From positions 3,987 to 67,986 of the forward strand of contig JAKQEM010000032.1 in NCBI GenBank assembly GCA_029558515.1: a DNA stretch of 64,000 nt, given 5' to 3'. Source of the DNA: a bacterium (GTDB lineage: Bacteria; Patescibacteriota; Gracilibacteria; Peribacterales; Peribacteraceae). The position numbers and the translations under genes are program-made. This document shows, in pieces, positions 18,535-27,130 of this stretch. Every line of letters starts with the position of its first letter. Positions within the stretch are counted from its first letter, which is position 1. The notes below the pieces were generated by a model. It searched no databases and had not been told where the DNA came from. It saw only the letters and a program-made list of their open reading frames with translations.

Positions 18535-21339
18535 ATGCCTACCACGAAGCCAACCGGCCTCCCGCAAGATCCTCCCGAGAAGGGCGGTCGTGCGGAATCG
18601 AAGCAGGATGAACCCTCGCGCAACATCGGTCTTGTGCGCGAAGCAATGCGGCTTGGATTCGATTTGTCCTCCCTTCGCTTGGAGCAATTCGCTCCCGAGG
18701 AACCGGTTTCATCGAACGGGTCGCCGCTTGGCACGGAGGAGATCAGGCAGAGAGCGCTTGAAACGCTCCACCTTCTCGATGAATACAATCGCGTGAAATT
18801 GGAGCCGAGCAAGGCGTCCCAAGGGCAGGTCGATGACATGCTCGGTGATGTCGAAAGTCTGGATGATTTCATCGCCGCTCTCGACACCAGTAAAGAGAAA
18901 TCCAAGGCAAAAACAGAGGAACCCAAAGCAAGATTCCGAAGGGAAGAACTGGCCGGAAAAATCAGGGAACTTCTTTCCGAGCCGCAGGTGTATCAATTCC
19001 TGCAGCAATCACTTGCGAAGGAAGCCGAGCGCTTCAAAGCGGTACAGCCACTTCTTTCGCGGCTGCACAAGCTGCGCCAAGTACAGGACATCGCTTTCGA
19101 GCGCATCCATACGCTCTCCCTTGAGAGCAAACGCAGACATGGCAAGATCGTAGGATCCGTGCAGACAACTATCGAAAAACTCTCGCGCCTCAGCAAAGAG
19201 GCGGAGGAAGAGGAGCAACGCTTGGAGGAAGAAGCGACCCCCTTGGAAAAAGGATGGATCGCTTCGCAGCGCCTCCTCGAATATAAACAACAGATGAAGA
19301 CGGATCGCTTCGTCATGGCACCGAGCCGCCGCGCGATTCTCGATGAGATGATCGCCAAGCTCGGCAGCAAAGGACGGGTGCTTCTGCTCGGTTCCAACGG
19401 AACGGGAAAGACGGAGCTTGCGGCGAAGGCGTTGAAGCTCGTTTCCAACGGGTATCACCTCGTGCCATGGCAGGAGGCCACGACCGGACAGGACATCTTC
19501 GGGCGGCAAGAAATCCGCCGCCAGAACGGCCATGTAGAGAGCGGGCTGCGCCCTGGCCCCATGACCCGCGCCATCGAAGCAAAAGAAGGAGAACCGGCAG
19601 GCGTGCTCCATGATGAGTTAAACCTCGGGAGCCTCCGCACGATTTACCTCCTGAAGAAGCTCTGGAACAGCCGTCCCGGGCAGGAGGTGGATGTGCCCGT
19701 ACTCGATGAAAAGCGCAAATTGCCCCTGAACTATGCGGAGGTCTATACGGCAAACCCGAAGGATGAGCGCACGAGCAACCGCGAAGAGTTCGATGCGGGC
19801 ATCACGCGCGTTCTCGGCGGCATGAACGTGCCGTTTCTGAAACAGGATGAGCAGGAGCAGATCATTCTCGCCAAGCTCATCGACGAGAACGGTGTCCTGC
19901 ATCTTTCGAGGAGCGAAGCGCAGACGATCCGCGAGCTTGTAGCCAGCGCTGTCATGACGCAGCAATGCTTCGACCGTGCGTTCGCGGATTTGGGCGATGA
20001 AGCCCTCGGAGAAATCAAGAACATGACGGGCATTTCCGATTTGCGCCTCACAAAGAAATTTCTCGACCCGGGACGGCTCATGGAAATGTTCGATACCTAC
20101 GAGCAAAAGAGAGCTGAAGGCATGAGCGTCGCGGAATATCTTTCAGCAGAATTGAAGAAATTCCTCGCAGAGTTTGAGGTGGACGAAGAGAGAAACATCG
20201 CGCTCGCCATTCTGAAATTAAAGGGTGTTCTTACACCGGACAGCACGGCGACGGATCCCCATGTGCAAGTGATGACGAAGCCCGGCGAGAAGCCGTTCCT
20301 CCTCCCGTCCGAACTCGCATTCATCGTGTCTTGCGATGATGGGTTGGACGACTCCGACGTGGAATTCGATCAAAAGGAAGTGAGCGTTGAGGAAGTGATT
20401 GCCTCAGACGGGGCGGAGGTGCTGGATCTTCTCAATGCGCGAAATCCCACCGTCATTCAGGCTACCAAAATCAAGCGCATGCTGGAGATGCAGGGAACGT
20501 CGCAACAGGCCATTGACCGCGCCCGCCGGACGATGCTCGAAAAGTGCGGCGAGGGGCACTTCTTCGGCCCAGAAGAGCTGATGAAGGCATTCCCCGGACT
20601 CAAGCTCGCCCCGAAAGATCTGCCGCCCCTCCCTCCAGACGACGAGATCGAGCGCCATGCTGCCTTGGGACACACGCTCCGTCTACGCGTGAGCACCGCG
20701 CCAGACGGATCGAAGCTCACGATCCCGAAGATGCGCGAACTGCTGCAGGAAAGCTTCGCTCGTAACAACGACGGAGAGGTGCTCTATAGCCCCAATTCCG
20801 ACTGGAAGCTCGCCTCGACGTTCTACACGGACGAAGTGCCGGAGATGGCATGGGCGTTCACGTCCGATGAAGTCCTACCAGACTCCACAAGTAAGAACCA
20901 TCTGCAGCAGACTCAAGTACTTGCCGACTATGCTCGTTCCACGCTCTTCAAGAAAGGTCAGCTGCCGCGCGAGTACCAGGAGGCCATACGGGAGTTTGAA
21001 TCTCAGAAAGATGAGATCCAGCAATTGATGGGCAGCGACTGGAAGGCGGCAGCAGGACGTCTCGCGGGACTCAAGATCAACAAGCTTATGCGAGGCAACC
21101 CCGCAGAGACTGTGCAGGATCTCCTTGTTACTTTCCAAAACAATGATCCCAAGAGCCGAAAGCGCCTGCTTGAAAAAATGTGGACATGGACGGCAACCCA
21201 AAGCTCGGACGGCTGCCTCGTCTACGTCGGTAACTTCGGTCCGGGCGGCGTGAGCGTCGGCTTCTGGCGCCCGGACGACTCGGATGACGGTCTCGGGGTC
21301 GTCCTCGCTCGGAAGTTCCCTCGAACCTTGCGTACTTGA
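18535..21339 (+). CDS. DGR target 1: MoxR/AAA_5-type ATPase fused to a C-terminal variable (C-type-lectin-fold-like) domain
   Basis: Coiled coil; Walker A GSNGTGKT, Walker B VLHDELN, YTANP; the 3' end contains VR1. Confidence 0.88.
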   Translation: MPTTKPTGLPQDPPEKGGRAESKQDEPSRNIGLVREAMRLGFDLSSLRLEQFAPEEPVSSNGSPLGTEEIRQRALETLHLLDEYNRVKLEPSKASQGQVDDMLGDVESLDDFIAALDTSKEKSKAKTEEPKARFRREELAGKIRELLSEPQVYQFLQQSLAKEAERFKAVQPLLSRLHKLRQVQDIAFERIHTLSLESKRRHGKIVGSVQTTIEKLSRLSKEAEEEEQRLEEEATPLEKGWIASQRLLEYKQQMKTDRFVMAPSRRAILDEMIAKLGSKGRVLLLGSNGTGKTELAAKALKLVSNGYHLVPWQEATTGQDIFGRQEIRRQNGHVESGLRPGPMTRAIEAKEGEPAGVLHDELNLGSLRTIYLLKKLWNSRPGQEVDVPVLDEKRKLPLNYAEVYTANPKDERTSNREEFDAGITRVLGGMNVPFLKQDEQEQIILAKLIDENGVLHLSRSEAQTIRELVASAVMTQQCFDRAFADLGDEALGEIKNMTGISDLRLTKKFLDPGRLMEMFDTYEQKRAEGMSVAEYLSAELKKFLAEFEVDEERNIALAILKLKGVLTPDSTATDPHVQVMTKPGEKPFLLPSELAFIVSCDDGLDDSDVEFDQKEVSVEEVIASDGAEVLDLLNARNPTVIQATKIKRMLEMQGTSQQAIDRARRTMLEKCGEGHFFGPEELMKAFPGLKLAPKDLPPLPPDDEIERHAALGHTLRLRVSTAPDGSKLTIPKMRELLQESFARNNDGEVLYSPNSDWKLASTFYTDEVPEMAWAFTSDEVLPDSTSKNHLQQTQVLADYARSTLFKKGQLPREYQEAIREFESQKDEIQQLMGSDWKAAAGRLAGLKINKLMRGNPAETVQDLLVTFQNNDPKSRKRLLEKMWTWTATQSSDGCLVYVGNFGPGGVSVGFWRPDDSDDGLGVVLARKFPRTLRT
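21202..21318 (+). repeat. DGR variable repeat VR1
   Basis: 117 nt ungapped match to the TR; 17 mismatches at TR adenines, 10 at non-A positions. Confidence 0.92.
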
Positions 21340-21420
21340 ATGCTTGATCTTCCTCGAATCCTTTTTCCTTGACGCATCCGCTACTGACGAATTTTCACCT
21401 CCTATAGTCCTTCACTCCCG

Positions 21421-22443
21421 ATGCCCCGCGAAGCTCTCCACTCGTTCATCCGGCAACTCCAAGAAAGTACCGCCTACAGGGATCACGTCGGCGTGCGCAC
21501 CGTCGTGGATGAGACCGTCCGCAGGATTGCCGCTTTGCCGGAAGAAGGTGCCGGAGCATTGCTCAGAGAAGAAATTCATACGCTTCGAGATCAGCTCATT
21601 CCGCTCTTGCAGGGAACGAAGGCTCCGAAGAGGAAGGAGAAAAAAGGAGAAGCAGTCAGTCCCAAGGACGCGGAAGCGATCATGGGCAAAGACCGTTTCT
21701 TTGGCATCGAGGCTGTCCGCAAAGCCTTTCCTGGTATCACGCTCAAACCCGAGCACATTCCCTCTATTCCATTTTCCAAAGAAGATCTTGAGCGAGCGAA
21801 GGAACTCGGAGACAGCCTACGTCTGCGCATAGATAAGGCGCCCGGCAAAGGGAAACTCAACATGCAGAAAATGCAGGAATTGCTGCAGCCGGTCTTCGAT
21901 CAGAGCGGCGAAGGGAAGGTGCTCTACGATACCGATTGGTACGAGAACGAGGACTTCTTCACCGAAGCGCCGGAACTCTGCTGGGTCCTTACGTCTGACG
22001 GCGTCATTCCCGATTCCGAGGACAAAGATTACCTCGAACAGACGGAGCATATCGCGGAGTACCTCCGTGACACCGTGTACCAAGGCAAGAAGCTGCCGCA
22101 GCAGTACGCCGAGGCGATCAAGGAACTGGACGCACAAAAGGATGATATTCGCCAACTTATTGATGACGATAATTGGGAGAAGGCGGCAAAGAGACTTGCT
22201 GATCTCACACTCAATAAACTTACGCGCCGCATCCCCGTCGAAGTGCTGTACGACATGCTTGTGTCATTCCAGAACGGCGGCAAGCGCCATCTGGACGACA
22301 TGTACGATTGGACGTGCGTCCGTAGCTCGGACGGCGGCCTCGTCGACGTCGGTGCCTTCGTTCCGGGCGGCGTGCACGTCGACCACTGGCGCCCGCGCAG
22401 CTCGAATGACGCTCTCGGGGTCGTCCTCGCTCGGAAGTTCTGA
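21421..22443 (+). CDS. DGR target 2: stand-alone paralogue of the target 1 C-terminal domain
   Basis: 340 aa; shares FFG.E...AFPG..L, LG..LRLR..., GxVLY, VxPDS..K..L.QT with target 1; ends in VR2. Confidence 0.88.
   Translation: MPREALHSFIRQLQESTAYRDHVGVRTVVDETVRRIAALPEEGAGALLREEIHTLRDQLIPLLQGTKAPKRKEKKGEAVSPKDAEAIMGKDRFFGIEAVRKAFPGITLKPEHIPSIPFSKEDLERAKELGDSLRLRIDKAPGKGKLNMQKMQELLQPVFDQSGEGKVLYDTDWYENEDFFTEAPELCWVLTSDGVIPDSEDKDYLEQTEHIAEYLRDTVYQGKKLPQQYAEAIKELDAQKDDIRQLIDDDNWEKAAKRLADLTLNKLTRRIPVEVLYDMLVSFQNGGKRHLDDMYDWTCVRSSDGGLVDVGAFVPGGVHVDHWRPRSSNDALGVVLARKF
22324..22440 (+). repeat. DGR variable repeat VR2
   Basis: 117 nt ungapped match to the TR; 17 mismatches at TR adenines, 11 at non-A positions. 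Confidence 0.92.
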
Positions 22444-22842
22444 GCCTTGCGACCTTGAAGGCTTGAGCCTGATCGAGTCCTTTTTCCTTGAAGCATCCGT
22501 TACAGGCGATTTTTGCACTGGATGCCACTGCAATTTGCATCATAGGATGCGATTGCGGCCCGTTCTTGCAGTCGGGGTTACGGCTCCGGCTCACGGTCCG
22601 CCTCATCTTTGCAGCCACTGAAGCGGTCAGCGTAGGTGGGAACCCGCCGGAATACCGTGTCTCCACGGAGCACAGTAGTGAGCGGGCTTAGATGCAGAAG
22701 GAACTTCTTGCTCATTCTCAGACTCGGTATCGTCCCGTTCTGCGGGACGGTTGCGGGCGAATCAAATTCAGGGGAAAGAGGCTATAGGCCGCAAGGCAGT
22801 AAACCTCGATCCCCGGTGTTCCGGACGGGAATGGGCAGCAAT

Positions 22843-22959
22843 AGCTCGGATGGCAACCTCGTCAACGTCGGCAACTTCGATCGTGACGGCGTGAACGTCA
22901 ACAACGATCAACCTGACAACTCGAATGGCAACCTCGGGGTCGTCCTCGCTCGGAACTTC
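22843..22959 (+). ncRNA. DGR template repeat (TR)
   Basis: Intergenic, AAC-rich copy of the VRs (agc tcg gat ggc aac ctc gtc aac ... cgg aac ttc) located between the targets and avd/RT. Confidence 0.9.
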
Positions 22960-22966
22960 CTTCATG

Positions 22967-23007
22967 GTAACCCAAGGGGCTCCCGTCTCAAGAGTCCCTT
23001 AGGTTAC
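22967..23007. other. Long hairpin 3' of the TR, overlapping the avd stop codon
   Basis: GTAACC-c-AAGGGG-CTC ... GAG-TCCCTT-a-GGTTAC. Confidence 0.6.
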
Positions 23008-23354
23008 GCATCGCGCGTCGACTTGATCCACCCGCCGAGCATGCGTCCGACTTCGTCAACCATCTCCTCGATTTGCGCATACTTCTTGAGATCGATTGCC
23101 TTCACATCCTTGGCGAGGCGCAGAAAAACGCGAAGGACGTTGAGCTTGAGGCTGACGCGTTCGAGCGGCTCCAACTTCTGCGGCTTGCGCATCTGGCTCG
23201 CGAGCAGAATCCCCTCGAGCACTTCGAGCATGAGAGCTTCGCAGCGGGGCCAGAGCGCGATGCGATCCTGCTTGGATACGGCAGCCCGCAGCTCATAGAG
23301 CTTCTTTGTCAGATCGTATGCCCGCTTGAAGATTGGAATATCGAGTTCTTCCAT
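23004..23354 (-). CDS. avd: DGR accessory variability determinant (Avd, four-helix bundle)
   Basis: 116 aa; IPIFKRAYDL...LRVFLRLA...EVGRMLGGWIK; located between TR and RT. Confidence 0.88.
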   Translation of the reverse strand: MEELDIPIFKRAYDLTKKLYELRAAVSKQDRIALWPRCEALMLEVLEGILLASQMRKPQKLEPLERVSLKLNVLRVFLRLAKDVKAIDLKKYAQIEEMVDEVGRMLGGWIKSTRDA

Positions 23355-23367
23355 GACGACATGAAAT

Positions 23368-24417
23368 ATGAAAGTGCACAAGCATATCTTCGACCGGCTC
23401 ATCACGCCAGAGCACCTGTTCCGTTCTTGGGAGGAATTCCGGAAGGGTAAGGGGTCGCGGAAAGACGTGCAGGAGTTCGAGTGGAAACTCGAGCAGAATA
23501 TTCTGTCTCTCAGCCGTGATTTACGAGACAGGACATACAGGCATGGTCCGTACTCGGCGTTCACCATATGCGATCCCAAGCAGCGTCGCATCCATAAGGC
23601 AACCGTTCATGACCGCGTTCTGCACCACGCCATATTCTCTCTGCTTAATCCCATCTTCGAGCCGACGTTTATAGCGCATTCTTTTTCTTGTCGTGCGGGA
23701 AAGGGAACGCATAAAGCCGTGACAGCACTCGAGAAGTGGTTGCGGCAAGTCAGTCGCAACTGTCGGTATCCCTGCTTCGCTTTGAAGTGTGACATTCACC
23801 AGTTTTTTGCTTCCGTCGATCACAAGATCCTTCTCTCTATCCTGAACCGGAAGGTGAAGGACGCGGATATCATGCGCTTGCTCACGGAAGTCGTGGGGAG
23901 TTTTAGCAGTACAGAATTGGAAAACGAGAGGCCAAGAGGAATCCCCATCGGCAATCTTACGTCGCAGCTCTTTGCGAATGTATATCTGAATGAGTTTGAT
24001 CAGTTCATGAAGCATTCGCTGCGCATCCGCCATTATATCCGTTACACCGATGACTTCGTGATCGTGGATACTGACAGAGACCGGCTCGAGGCGTTGATCC
24101 CGATCATAGGCAAATATCTCAGCGAAGAACTACGGCTGAACCTCCATCCTCGCAAAATCATCCTTCGTAAATTCGGTCAGGGCATCGATTTCCTCGGTTA
24201 TGTCATTCTCCCACACCATCGGGCATTGCGTACACGGACGAAACGGCGCATGTTCCGTAAGCTGAAGTCGCGGGTGGACAGTTTCAAGACGGGTGCGGGC
24301 AGTGAATCTTCGGTGGAATGTTCCCTTCAGTCCTATCTCGGAGTTCTCTCACATGCGAATGCTCTCTGCTTGAGCGATCAACTGCAGAATCAATGCTGGT
24401 TCTGGCTGCGGGACTGA
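23368..24417 (+). CDS. DGR reverse transcriptase
   Basis: PKQRRI...DRVLHHA, KCDIHQFFASVDH, GIPIGNLTSQ (DGR-type SQ), YIRYTDDF, GIDFLGY. Confidence 0.95.
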   Translation: MKVHKHIFDRLITPEHLFRSWEEFRKGKGSRKDVQEFEWKLEQNILSLSRDLRDRTYRHGPYSAFTICDPKQRRIHKATVHDRVLHHAIFSLLNPIFEPTFIAHSFSCRAGKGTHKAVTALEKWLRQVSRNCRYPCFALKCDIHQFFASVDHKILLSILNRKVKDADIMRLLTEVVGSFSSTELENERPRGIPIGNLTSQLFANVYLNEFDQFMKHSLRIRHYIRYTDDFVIVDTDRDRLEALIPIIGKYLSEELRLNLHPRKIILRKFGQGIDFLGYVILPHHRALRTRTKRRMFRKLKSRVDSFKTGAGSESSVECSLQSYLGVLSHANALCLSDQLQNQCWFWLRD

Positions 24418-24431
24418 ATAAAATTGGGTGC

Positions 24432-25133
24432 ATGAATCTGGAACAGGCAATACAAACGCTGCAATCCGTCCTCCGGAAGGAGCAGCCTTCCCGCTTCAGC
24501 AGCTCATGGGTCTACGCCCATGCGCCCCGCGTCTACTTCTACATCTGGCGCAACGTTCGCACGGAGCTGGGTGATGTTGACTGGGATCTGGTAACGAGCA
24601 AATTGGAGAAGCCATTCCAGAGGCTCTGGCATCCCCGGCGCAGGTGCAGAAAATCACCCTATCGGGACACCCATGAAATGCGAACCGCTCTCGGTGAGCA
24701 TTGGGAAAAGCGTTATGTCTTCCTCCATGCCCCGACGGAAGTCGAATGGAGAGAGCGCGATTGGATTGCCGCTATCCTCGCCCGGTTATCGCAGAAGGGA
24801 AACCTATGTGCGCAGGAGGAACTCCTCGAACTCCTGCATTTCATGGTCGATCACTGGATGGAACGCCGTCCGGAGTTGAGGAAGTGGAGGGTTCATCCGA
24901 GCGATCTTGATCACACCTTGAAGCAGTGCGTTCGTTGCTACCGGTACACCGGCTCGTTCGCCATCTATCTCCTCATCACGCTCATGAAAGCCGGAAGAGG
25001 CTTGCCGTACATTCGATGGTCATCACTGGATGCCACGATCCTCGATAGCGATCTGCGTCGGATCGATAGTGTCGTGCAGGATCCGGAGACGGGAGAGTTG
25101 TGCATGGCGGAACTGCACGCCTATCACGTCTGA
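24432..25133 (+). CDS. Hypothetical protein directly after the RT; C-terminal half sigma-region-2-like
   Basis: 233 aa starting 14 nt after the RT stop; LSQKGNLCAQEELL...CVRCYRYTGSFAIYL. Confidence 0.65.
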   Translation: MNLEQAIQTLQSVLRKEQPSRFSSSWVYAHAPRVYFYIWRNVRTELGDVDWDLVTSKLEKPFQRLWHPRRRCRKSPYRDTHEMRTALGEHWEKRYVFLHAPTEVEWRERDWIAAILARLSQKGNLCAQEELLELLHFMVDHWMERRPELRKWRVHPSDLDHTLKQCVRCYRYTGSFAIYLLITLMKAGRGLPYIRWSSLDATILDSDLRRIDSVVQDPETGELCMAELHAYHV

Positions 25134-25190
25134 AACAAATCAGGTGCCATTTTCTTTTATCAGGCAAGCGATGGTCGTATCATCCGTCGC

Positions 25191-25421
25191 ATGGCATATC
25201 GGCGATATCGCAGGCGCAGGCAGTACACGTTCAAGCAAGAGCTGGGCAGCCGGTTGTACTATCTGATTCTTCTGCTCCTTGTGATAGGGTCCTACAAAAT
25301 CTGGGGGCTGCAAGTGTTCGATGAAATCTGGATTCTGATTCTTGGTGCAGTGAGTTACAAACTCGTCGGATTCATCCTTCGATCCACGGGTATCTGGCGT
25401 CCCGTTCGTCCTCGGTGGTGA
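25191..25421 (+). CDS. Small membrane protein
   Basis: 76 aa; Arg-rich N-terminus followed by two hydrophobic helices. Confidence 0.5.
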   Translation: MAYRRYRRRRQYTFKQELGSRLYYLILLLLVIGSYKIWGLQVFDEIWILILGAVSYKLVGFILRSTGIWRPVRPRW

Positions 25422-25576
25422 ATGCATTGAAAATGGCTTATATAAGCCAAAATATTCATTTTGTCTAGTTCCGAGACACACCCCCAAAGTACTGTCTCAA
25501 ATGTCTCAAATGACCCACCGACCCGCTTGCCTAGACCCCTCTAAAACGACCCCCTCGAAAACCCCTTCAAAACTCC

Positions 25577-27100
25577 TCACGGATCAGGAATAAGAGTTGT
25601 CAGACCCCGTCGTTCTGCCACATCATTTTGCACAGGTTCAAGGTTCTTAATCGCTTCATACACAAGCGAAAGTTTAGGGGTTCGCTTATTTTCTAAAACA
25701 TCAAAGGGAATTCCATCGGGTAATGCTAGTCGTTGTAAGCGGTTTTGGTCTTCCACATCAGCTTTTTCCCAGAGTTCGCTTGCATGTTTCATGTAGTGCC
25801 TACAATAAGCCAGAACCTTCTCCGCTTTGTATTCCGTCCATTCATGATCATTGCGAGTTGTAGTGGCCTCGTTAATTTGTTCGGTTTTACGATTAAACAC
25901 TTCCTCCCAACTTGAATATAAGGCGGGGTTATTCCTACTCAATTTCATCATTTCCATTGCTTCAAGGCGTTCCTCTTTTAAGGTCGTAAGTTCATTAGCC
26001 GCTTCAATACTAATTCTACTTAGTTCAGAAAATTCATTTTCCCATGCATCAATCGCAATTGCTTCAAATAAAGCCAATAAGCCCTCTTCGGGGCATATTT
26101 CTTTGAGGAAGCCTTTAAACAACGTGTGCATGTCGTCGGCCTTCATTCGGAATTTGCAGCCAATGATTCCGCAGTCGTAATAGTGGTGTTTCTATTTTTT
26201 CATTTTGCCCGTAGAGCCATAGCCTCTTAATGGCACATTATGGGTTGGGCAGATTACAAATCTGCGAAGCGGTACGGCAGGATTTAGCTTTCTTCGGCGG
26301 CGAACCAAGCGATCTTCCTTGCCTTTGTTTAATGTTCTTTGAAGCGTATGCCATTCATCGGCAGTAAGAGGGCTTTCCCATTTAGCAGCGATCAGCCTAC
26401 CCCCTGTCCATTTTTCACGATTGAGGCCGCCGTATACGGGGCTACGGAGTAGTTTAAGCCATGATTGCGGCGATACGGTATTCCGTATGCGTATTTTTTT
26501 CTTTCTATCATGCGGGTCATGTTTTACGCTTTCCCTCATTAAAAATCCTTTTTCTGCCAATTCTTTTGCTACATCGGTTGGCGTGTAGATACCCGATAAC
26601 TGCTTACGTAGGCCATAGCAAAGTAATGACCATTGTTTTTCATCAGGGTCGGGCGCAAGTGTGGGTTTGTATATAGGCTTGCCGTCAGGCGCATAACCTA
26701 CCTGCTTTTTGATGTTAATAAATCCTGTTGGCGCAGGTCTGCACCAATACCCTTCGGCAGTCAGGCTTATTTCTGCACCAATGGTATTAATGGTGCGAAT
26801 GCGATTATCGTAACGCGCACGGGAGGCCAATATGCCCTCCATAAACTCTCCGCTTGGGCTGTCATCAATCATTTCTCTTGCCGATTCCAAACGTATGCCA
26901 CTCCGCTTCAACATTTCTTTGAACTCGTAATACTCCCTCATGCCGCCACGCGAAAATCTATCAATTCTATTAATGATCACTACCTGAACGTTCTATTTAT
27001 TTTTAACGCAGAATTCTAAGGCTTCTTTAAATTCCACTCTTGCTTTGATGGGCGGGGGATATGGTTATCCCTCGGCAAGTTGGGTCGCTCAAAGAGTACC
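25577..27100 (-). pseudogene. Large serine recombinase pseudogene
   Basis: Single frame ...EFCVKNK*NVQVVIINRIDRFSRG ... GKMKK*KHHYYDC...; internal TAG stops and a decayed N-terminus. Confidence 0.8.
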
Positions 27101-27130
27101 ACTTTTGCTAATTTCCAGCCAATCACACAA

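Larger units (their letters stand above)
18535..24417. mobile_element. Diversity-generating retroelement with two cis targets
   Basis: VR1, VR2, TR, avd and RT are all present within 6 kb. Confidence 0.9.

Noticed and set aside
22220-22666. Minus-strand ORF with CKNG...CNGC
   Set aside because: Overlaps VR2 antisense and the conserved downstream element; no independent support.
22636-23298. 220-aa plus-strand ORF containing a VR-like peptide (SSDGNLVNVGNF...)
   Set aside because: It is the TR read in frame plus antisense avd; the Asn-rich AAC pattern marks a template, not a third target.
23355-23591. Long N-terminal extension of Avd in the ORF track
   Set aside because: Antisense to the RT; Avd similarity starts at Met 23354.
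23368-24417. Group II intron or retron RT
   Set aside because: No maturase/endonuclease extension; the SQ motif, avd and TR/VR identify it as a DGR RT.
25577-27100. Stop-codon reassignment
   Set aside because: Intact genes in the window end in TGA, TAA and TAG normally; the internal stops are confined to one decayed gene.
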